DNA of 64,000 nucleotides from Myxococcota bacterium (GTDB lineage: Bacteria; Myxococcota_A; UBA796; UBA2385): positions 64,001 through 128,000 of the forward strand of contig JBIJDH010000014.1 in assembly GCA_044344255.1 (NCBI GenBank), given 5' to 3'. Below are positions 58,187-64,000 of the stretch, one piece after another (the stretch's first letter is position 1; each line of letters starts with the position of its first letter). Both the position numbers and the translations under genes were made by a program. The notes under the pieces are model-generated. The model worked only from the letters and a program-made list of their open reading frames with translations, was not told the DNA's origin and ran no database searches.

Positions 58187-60175
58187 ATGTCCGACGACCG
58201 CAGCCCAGACGCCCCCCCTGCCCTGGCGGAGCGCGCCTCGACGGCGGCGGCCCGCGTGGAGCTGGGGCCGATCCGCGGGGCCACCGCCATCGCCAGCCCC
58301 CTCCCCTTCGGCCTCGGTCACGACAAGCCCCACGCCTACCGCGCCGCCGCCGCCGCCCTCTGGGAGAGCCGCGACGCCCTGCCCTACGTCTGGCAGATCC
58401 TGAAGCAGGGGGTCTGTGACGGCTGCGCCCTCGGGCCCCGCGGCCTCCGAGATGACGTCGAAGACGGGCTCCACCTCTGCGCTCGCCGCCTCGAGGGCCT
58501 CCGGGCGCACACGATCCCCGCCCTCGCGCCGGCCGACCTCCTCGACATCGCCCTGCTCCGCCAGAAGACCGACGCCGAGCTCCAGGCCCTCGGCCGCCTG
58601 CCCTTCCCCTTCTTCTACCGGCGCGGCGACCTCGGCTTTACGCGGATCAGCTGGGAGGAGGCCTACCGCCGCTGCGCCGAGCTCGCCCCGGTGGCCGCGC
58701 CCCACCGCCTCGCCTTCCTCGCAGGCGCCGACCGCCTGAGCAACGAGGGCGCCTACGTCTTCGCCAAGGCGGCGCGCCTCCTCGGCACCCAGAACATCGA
58801 CCTCTGCGGCGCGCGGGCCAGCGTCGGGGTCGAGGCCGCCCTCACGCGCGCCCTCGGCGTGGGGGCCTCGACGGCCTCCCTCTCCGATCTCGTGGGCGCC
58901 GACCTCATTCTTTTGGTCGGGCCTGGGCTTGTTGGGACAGGGTTCGGCGCCCTCTACCCCCTCTTGCCCACCCACCTCGGCGCGGCCAAGGCCCTCGGCG
59001 GGCGCGTCGTCTCGGTGAGCCCCCACCTCGAGGAGGATCGAGACTGGTCGCCCACCGCGCTCACCACCGCCCTCTTCGGCCAGCGCCTGCTCGACGATCG
59101 GGTCCAGGTCTCCCCAGGTGGCGTGGCGCCCTTCTTCCGAGGCCTGCTGAGGGCCCTCGTCGAGCGGGGCGCCGAAGACCGCAACTATGTCGATCGACAC
59201 ACCGCCGGCTGGGAGGCCGCCCGCGCGTCGGCGCTCTCGACCCCCTGGACCGAGCTCGAGCGCCAGAGCGGCGCCTCCCGCCGCGACATCGAGTGGGTGG
59301 CCGAGCTCATCACCCGCGCCCGAACCGTGGTGACCGTGCTCCTCCCCGCGGAGCGCGCCGTCGAGGCCGCGGCGGCCGAGATCACCGCCGCGGTGGTCGA
59401 CGCCCACCTCTGTCGGGGGATGTTCGGCCGCCCGAACACCGGCATCCTGCACCTCCCCGCCCAATTCGCGGCGGTGGGCGCCCGAGACTGCGGGGTCCTC
59501 CCCGACGGCCTGCCCGGGCGGCGCCCGCTCACGGTCGAGGCGACCGCGGCCTTGGCCGAGCGCTGGGGGGTCCCGGCGCTGCCCAACCGGCCAGGGCTTT
59601 GCGCGGGGGAGATGGTGGAGGCGGCCCTCGCCGGAGAGATCGATCTGCTCTACCTCCTCGACGCGGACCTCTCCGAGCTCGGCGCCGACGCCGAGCCCCT
59701 CTCCGCGGCCGCGCGCCGGGTCCAGCTCCGCGTGCACCAGGGCAGCCGCCTCAACCGCAGCATGCTCCTCGAGCCGGGGGAGGGCCTGCTCCTCCTCCCT
59801 GCCGAGGCCCGCTACGAGCAGCGGGGCGGCGCCACCAGCACGAGCGTGGAGCGCCGCGTCCGCCTCTCCCCCGAGCTGCCGGGCCACCCCACCGTGGGCG
59901 AGAGCCGCCCCGACTTTCAGATCCCGGGAGAGCTCGCGCGCGCGCTCCGCCCCGGCCTCGCCGCCCACTTCGAGCACGCAGACGGGCGCGCGGTCCGCGC
60001 CGAGATGGAGCGCTGCCTGCCGCTCTACCGAGGCATCGGCGCGCTCGAGGCGGCGGGAGACTCGGTCCAGTGGGGGGGGCCCCGGCTCTGCACGGAGGGG
60101 CAGTTCCCCGGCCTCCCCGACCAGCGGGCCCGCTTCTCCGCCGCGCCGCTCGGCCCTCCAGCGGCGGGCGGGTGA
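58187..60175 (+). CDS. FdhF/YdeP-family molybdopterin oxidoreductase-like protein (degenerate)
   Basis: GVCDGCALG, HLC..RL, GRLP.P, RISWEEAY, RLSNE.AY, TSTSVERRV; start revised to ATG 58187. Confidence 0.8.
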   Translation: MSDDRSPDAPPALAERASTAAARVELGPIRGATAIASPLPFGLGHDKPHAYRAAAAALWESRDALPYVWQILKQGVCDGCALGPRGLRDDVEDGLHLCARRLEGLRAHTIPALAPADLLDIALLRQKTDAELQALGRLPFPFFYRRGDLGFTRISWEEAYRRCAELAPVAAPHRLAFLAGADRLSNEGAYVFAKAARLLGTQNIDLCGARASVGVEAALTRALGVGASTASLSDLVGADLILLVGPGLVGTGFGALYPLLPTHLGAAKALGGRVVSVSPHLEEDRDWSPTALTTALFGQRLLDDRVQVSPGGVAPFFRGLLRALVERGAEDRNYVDRHTAGWEAARASALSTPWTELERQSGASRRDIEWVAELITRARTVVTVLLPAERAVEAAAAEITAAVVDAHLCRGMFGRPNTGILHLPAQFAAVGARDCGVLPDGLPGRRPLTVEATAALAERWGVPALPNRPGLCAGEMVEAALAGEIDLLYLLDADLSELGADAEPLSAAARRVQLRVHQGSRLNRSMLLEPGEGLLLLPAEARYEQRGGATSTSVERRVRLSPELPGHPTVGESRPDFQIPGELARALRPGLAAHFEHADGRAVRAEMERCLPLYRGIGALEAAGDSVQWGGPRLCTEGQFPGLPDQRARFSAAPLGPPAAGG

Positions 60176-60978
60176 GCCGCGCGGGCGAGGGGGCGCGCCG
60201 GAGCCCGATCGAGCGCTGGACCCCCGGTGGCTGGGCCGACGACGACGACCTGATCGCGGTCGAAGAGCCGCTCGAGCTCCGCCTGGAAGGCGAGCCCTGG
60301 AGCGTGACCATGCGCACGCCCGGGGACGACCTCGACCTCGCCGCCGGCTACCTCATCACCGAGGGCGTGATCGACGGGCTCGACGACATCGTCGCCATGG
60401 CCCACGTAGACGACCCCTCCCTCCCGCGCGGCAACACCGTCGACATCCTGCTCGCCTCCGGGGTGCCCGCGGCCCGCCGGACGCGCGGACGGCGGGAGCG
60501 GTACGCCTCGAGCGCCTGCGGGGTCTGCGGGGTGGTGAGCGTCGAGCAGACCTTGCGGGCCCTCCCCTCGCGCGGCCCCGCGTCGCCCAGCCGCCTCGAT
60601 CCGACCGTCCTCTCCCGCCTCCCCGCGCGGCTGCGGGCGGCGCAGCCCCTCTTCGACCGGACCGGCGGCGTGCACGCCGCGGCCCTCTGCAGCGCCGACG
60701 GGGAGCTGCTCGTGCTCCGCGAGGACGTCGGGCGGCACAACGCGGTCGACAAGGTGATCGGCGCCCGCCTCCGCGCCGACGCCCCGCCCGCCCCCGGCCA
60801 GCTCCTCGTGGTGAGCGGCCGCGTGGGCTTCGAGATCGTACAGAAGGGGCTGATGGCCGGCATCTCCGCGCTGGTCGCCGTCGGGGCTCCCACCAGCCTC
60901 GCCGTCGAGCTCGCCCGTCGCGGGGGCCTCCCCCTCGTGGGCTTCCTGCGGGAGGGGCGCTTCAACCAGTACGGTTGA
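60172..60978 (+). CDS. fdhD: Formate dehydrogenase accessory sulfurtransferase FdhD
   Basis: VEEPL, TMRTPG, SACGVCG, TGGVHAAA, EDVGRHNAVDK, SGR, APTSLAV; GTG start overlapping the upstream TGA. Confidence 0.95.
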   Translation: MSRAGEGARRSPIERWTPGGWADDDDLIAVEEPLELRLEGEPWSVTMRTPGDDLDLAAGYLITEGVIDGLDDIVAMAHVDDPSLPRGNTVDILLASGVPAARRTRGRRERYASSACGVCGVVSVEQTLRALPSRGPASPSRLDPTVLSRLPARLRAAQPLFDRTGGVHAAALCSADGELLVLREDVGRHNAVDKVIGARLRADAPPAPGQLLVVSGRVGFEIVQKGLMAGISALVAVGAPTSLAVELARRGGLPLVGFLREGRFNQYG

Positions 60979-61098
60979 GCGACGGCGCCTGCGGTGTTCT
61001 CACCTCCGCGACGCAACCGCCCACCGTTGTCACTCTGCTGTCTTGACCCTGCCGCAAAGTCGGCGACACTGAAGACGTCGCACTCCTGAGGTCTCCTG

Positions 61099-63258
61099 AT
61101 GACGCGCCTGATCCCCCTCCTCCTCCTCCCCCTCCTCGCCTGCAGCGGCGGGTCCGTTGATCAGGACGGCAAGAGCGCGGGCGCGGGCGACGAGGGCGAC
61201 GACACCCCCGAGCTGGACGGCGACGGCGACGGCTACCTCATCAGCGAGGGGGACTGCGACGACACCAACCCCGACCGGCACCCCGGCGCGGCCGAGGTCT
61301 GCAACGACCGCGACGACGACTGCGATCCGAACATCGACGAAGACGCCACCGACGCGATCACCTACTACGAAGACCTCGACTACGACGGCTACGGCAGCCC
61401 CGAGCACTCCGTCACCCGGTGCGACCCGCCCGTCGGCTACGCAACCAACGACCTCGACTGCGACGACACCCTGGCCACGATCAACCCGGAGACCCCCGAG
61501 ACCTGCAACGGCGTCGACGACGACTGCGACGGCACCCCTGACTCGCCGCCCCCCCCCGATGCCCGCACCTGGTACCTCGACGGCGACGGCGACTGGTACG
61601 GCGAGCCCTCCGGCACCACCGGCGTGATCGCCTGCGACAAGCCCACCGGCTACTCCGGCAACACCAAGGACTGCGACGACACCGACCCGGACAGCTTCCC
61701 CGGCTCCGCCGAGGCCGAGTCGAGCACCGCCTGCATGACCGACCATGACCGCGACGGCTGGGGCGATGAGTCTGCCCCGCCCGACGGCGTCGCCGGCACC
61801 GACTGCTCGGACAACGACGCGCTCACCTACCCCTCCGCCCCCGAGTCCTGCTTCGACGGCATCGACAACGGCTGCGACGGCGACACCTCCTGCGACCTCG
61901 ACACCGACCGCTGGGGGCGCCTGCTCGGCGAGGCGGCGGGTGACCGCACCGGCACCGCCATCGCCTACGTCGGCGACTGCGACGGCGACGGCAAGGGCGA
62001 CGTGGTGGTGGGGGCCTACCTCACCGACGAGGGCGTGACCGACTCCGGCTCCGGCTACTTCATCCCCGGGCCCCTCAAAGACTACGACCTCAACATCCGC
62101 AACGCCCACGGCATGTACTCGGCCCCCGCCGGCGCCGATCAGGCCGGCTACTCGGTGGGCGCCGCGGGCGACGTCAACAGCGACGGCTTCGACGACTTCT
62201 TCGTCAACGCCCAGCAGTACGACACCACCGGGAAGAGCTCGGCGGGCGGCGCCTTCCTCTACCTCGGCCCCCCGCCGGGCGGTCGGCTCGTGCTCGATGC
62301 GTCGGCCGATGTCTGGTACACCGGCAAGGCCGCCTCCGACCTCGCCGGCATCGGCGCGGTGGGCGTGGGCGACGTGAACGGCGACGGCATCGACGACATG
62401 GTGGTCGGCGCGGCCGGCAACGACGACGGGGGCACCGACTCCGGGGCCGCCTGGCTCATCGTCGGGCCCCCCACCACGGGCGCTCAGGCGCTGGGCTCCG
62501 TCGGCATCGAGCTCGTCGGTGAGGCGGCGAGCGATCAGGCGGGCCGCGCCATCGCCGGCCTCGGCGACTACGACGGCGACGGGGTGGGCGACTTCGCGAT
62601 CGGCGCGCACGTCAACGACCAGTCGAAGAGCAACGCCGGCGCTGCCTACATCTTCCTCGGCGCCCCCACGGGCAGCTCGGTCGATCTCTCGGCCGCCGAC
62701 TTCATCCTCCGGGGCTTCAACATCTCCGACTACGTGGGCTACAGCATCGCCGGCCCCGGCGACACCAACGCCGACGGCTACGATGACCTCCTCATCGGCC
62801 TCTTCGGCGATGACAACTCCGCCTCGGGCGCGGGCGCCGCCGCGCTCTTCTTGGGCGAGAGCGCGCCGGCCACCGCCTACATCACCAAGGCCGACACGAC
62901 CATCCGCGGCGAGGCCCCCGACGACCAGCTCGGGCGCGCTGTCGCCGCCGCGGGCGACCTCGACACCGATGGCAGCCCCGACGTCGCCGTCGGCGCCCAC
63001 CAGGCGAACCCCGGCGGCCTCGCCGACGCGGGGCGCGTCTACGTCTTCCTGTCCCCCCTGCCCAGCGGCGTGGTCTCGGCGGCCGCCGCCGACGGCTACG
63101 TCTCGGGCAGCTCGGCCGGGGACTACGCCGGCTCCGCCCTCGCAGGGGGCGGCGACGTCACCGGCGACGGCGCCGACGATCTCCTCGTGGGCGCCTACGG
63201 CGAAGACACCGCAGGCAGCGACGGCGGCGCCGTCTACATCCTCCCCGGGCGCCTGTAA
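61099..63258 (+). CDS. Surface lipoprotein with MopE-like repeats and FG-GAP beta-propeller (paralog of 50008-52332)
   Basis: Lipobox LLAC; DCDD repeats; about 7 FG-GAP blades. Confidence 0.88.
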   Translation: MTRLIPLLLLPLLACSGGSVDQDGKSAGAGDEGDDTPELDGDGDGYLISEGDCDDTNPDRHPGAAEVCNDRDDDCDPNIDEDATDAITYYEDLDYDGYGSPEHSVTRCDPPVGYATNDLDCDDTLATINPETPETCNGVDDDCDGTPDSPPPPDARTWYLDGDGDWYGEPSGTTGVIACDKPTGYSGNTKDCDDTDPDSFPGSAEAESSTACMTDHDRDGWGDESAPPDGVAGTDCSDNDALTYPSAPESCFDGIDNGCDGDTSCDLDTDRWGRLLGEAAGDRTGTAIAYVGDCDGDGKGDVVVGAYLTDEGVTDSGSGYFIPGPLKDYDLNIRNAHGMYSAPAGADQAGYSVGAAGDVNSDGFDDFFVNAQQYDTTGKSSAGGAFLYLGPPPGGRLVLDASADVWYTGKAASDLAGIGAVGVGDVNGDGIDDMVVGAAGNDDGGTDSGAAWLIVGPPTTGAQALGSVGIELVGEAASDQAGRAIAGLGDYDGDGVGDFAIGAHVNDQSKSNAGAAYIFLGAPTGSSVDLSAADFILRGFNISDYVGYSIAGPGDTNADGYDDLLIGLFGDDNSASGAGAAALFLGESAPATAYITKADTTIRGEAPDDQLGRAVAAAGDLDTDGSPDVAVGAHQANPGGLADAGRVYVFLSPLPSGVVSAAAADGYVSGSSAGDYAGSALAGGGDVTGDGADDLLVGAYGEDTAGSDGGAVYILPGRL

Positions 63259-63306
63259 GCCTCAGCGGGCGCGAGGAGCGCGGCGGGCAGACCGCGGCCG
63301 CGGCGG

Positions 63307-64000
63307 TCAGTCCAGGTCAGACGCGGCGTGCCGCTCGGCCACCGGGCGGTCGCCCCAGGTGATGTTCACCCGGGCCCCGCGCTGCACCGCCGGTCGCAGG
63401 GCGAGCTCGTTCGCCCACCGCAGGACGTGGGTGTACTCGTGCACCGCCAGGAAGGTCGCCGCCTTGTAGAGCTTGCCGCGCACCATCTCGCCGTACCAGG
63501 GCCAGATCGCGATATCGGCGATCGTGTAGGTGTCACCGACCATGTAGCGGTTCTGGGCGAGGTGCCGGTCGAGCACGTCGAGCTGGCGCTTGACCTCCAT
63601 CGTGAAGCGGTCGATCGGGTACCGCTGCTTCGTCGGCGCGTAGGCGTAGAAGTGCCCGAAGCCCCCGCCGAGCAGCGGCGCGCTGCCCATCTGCCAGAAC
63701 AGCCAGTTGAGGGCCTCGGTGCGCGCCGGCCCGGACGCGGCGAGGAAGGCCCCGAAACGCTCGGCGAGGTGCACGAGGATCGAGCCGGACTCGAACACGC
63801 GCACCGGCGGATCGGCGCTGCGGTCGAGCAGGGCCGGGATCTTGGAATTCGGGTTGACCTCGACGAAGCCGGAGCCGAATTGGTCGCCGCTGAGGATGTT
63901 GACGATCCACGCGTCATACTCGGCGCCGCTGTGACCCGCCGCGAGCAGCTCTTCGAGCATGATCGTGACCTTCTGGCCGTTCGGCGTGCCCAAGGAGTAG
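63307..64000 (-). CDS. yghU: Glutathione-dependent disulfide-bond oxidoreductase (YghU-type GST), 5'-truncated by the window edge
   Basis: (YSL)GTPNGQKVTIMLEELL, NPNSKIPAL, FESGSIL, WQMGSAP.LGGGFGHFY, ERH.ASD. Confidence 0.9.
   Translation of the reverse strand, partial: YSLGTPNGQKVTIMLEELLAAGHSGAEYDAWIVNILSGDQFGSGFVEVNPNSKIPALLDRSADPPVRVFESGSILVHLAERFGAFLAASGPARTEALNWLFWQMGSAPLLGGGFGHFYAYAPTKQRYPIDRFTMEVKRQLDVLDRHLAQNRYMVGDTYTIADIAIWPWYGEMVRGKLYKAATFLAVHEYTHVLRWANELALRPAVQRGARVNITWGDRPVAERHAASDLD

Noticed and set aside
60173..60175. Selenocysteine TGA in the FdhF-like gene
   Set aside because: The TGA is not at the active-site position and overlaps the fdhD GTG start, so it is an ordinary coupled stop

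Overview
Very GC-rich bacterial chromosomal window. Gene content (MopE-like CDDxD/FG-GAP lipoproteins, AlkP-superfamily enzymes, HelD-like ATPase) suggests a Myxococcota/deltaproteobacterial lineage; this is inference. It opens with dnaA and a divergent rpmH-rnpA-yidD-yidC-jag-mnmE cluster, but dnaN and mnmG are not adjacent and no canonical DnaA boxes are visible. Envelope and hydrolase genes follow. The most unusual part is an integrase-less accretion island (about 29.2-38.1 kb) at the 3' end of tRNA-Pro(GGG). It holds three Rpn/PD-(D/E)XK loci (one intact, one pseudogene, one IS21-truncated stub), a 135-bp duplicated rpn 3'-end element, a truncated IS21, and a 1.4-kaa tandem-cyclase STAND/TPR protein. 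It also has a displaced copy of the tRNA 3' end plus terminator, and an inverted-repeat-bounded low-GC cassette resembling a slice of an SpvB/Rhs toxin-immunity locus. Next comes a tRNA-Val-infC-rpmI-rplT-ihfA-merR-tRNA-Pro cluster lacking thrS and pheST. It is followed by lipB, dnaE, and a tandem pair of putative isoprenoid-synthase-fold genes, one with a 23-Cys tail. The window ends with rnd, a degenerate FdhF/YdeP-FdhD pair and a partial YghU-type GST. All calls are from motif recognition by eye; no searches were run.
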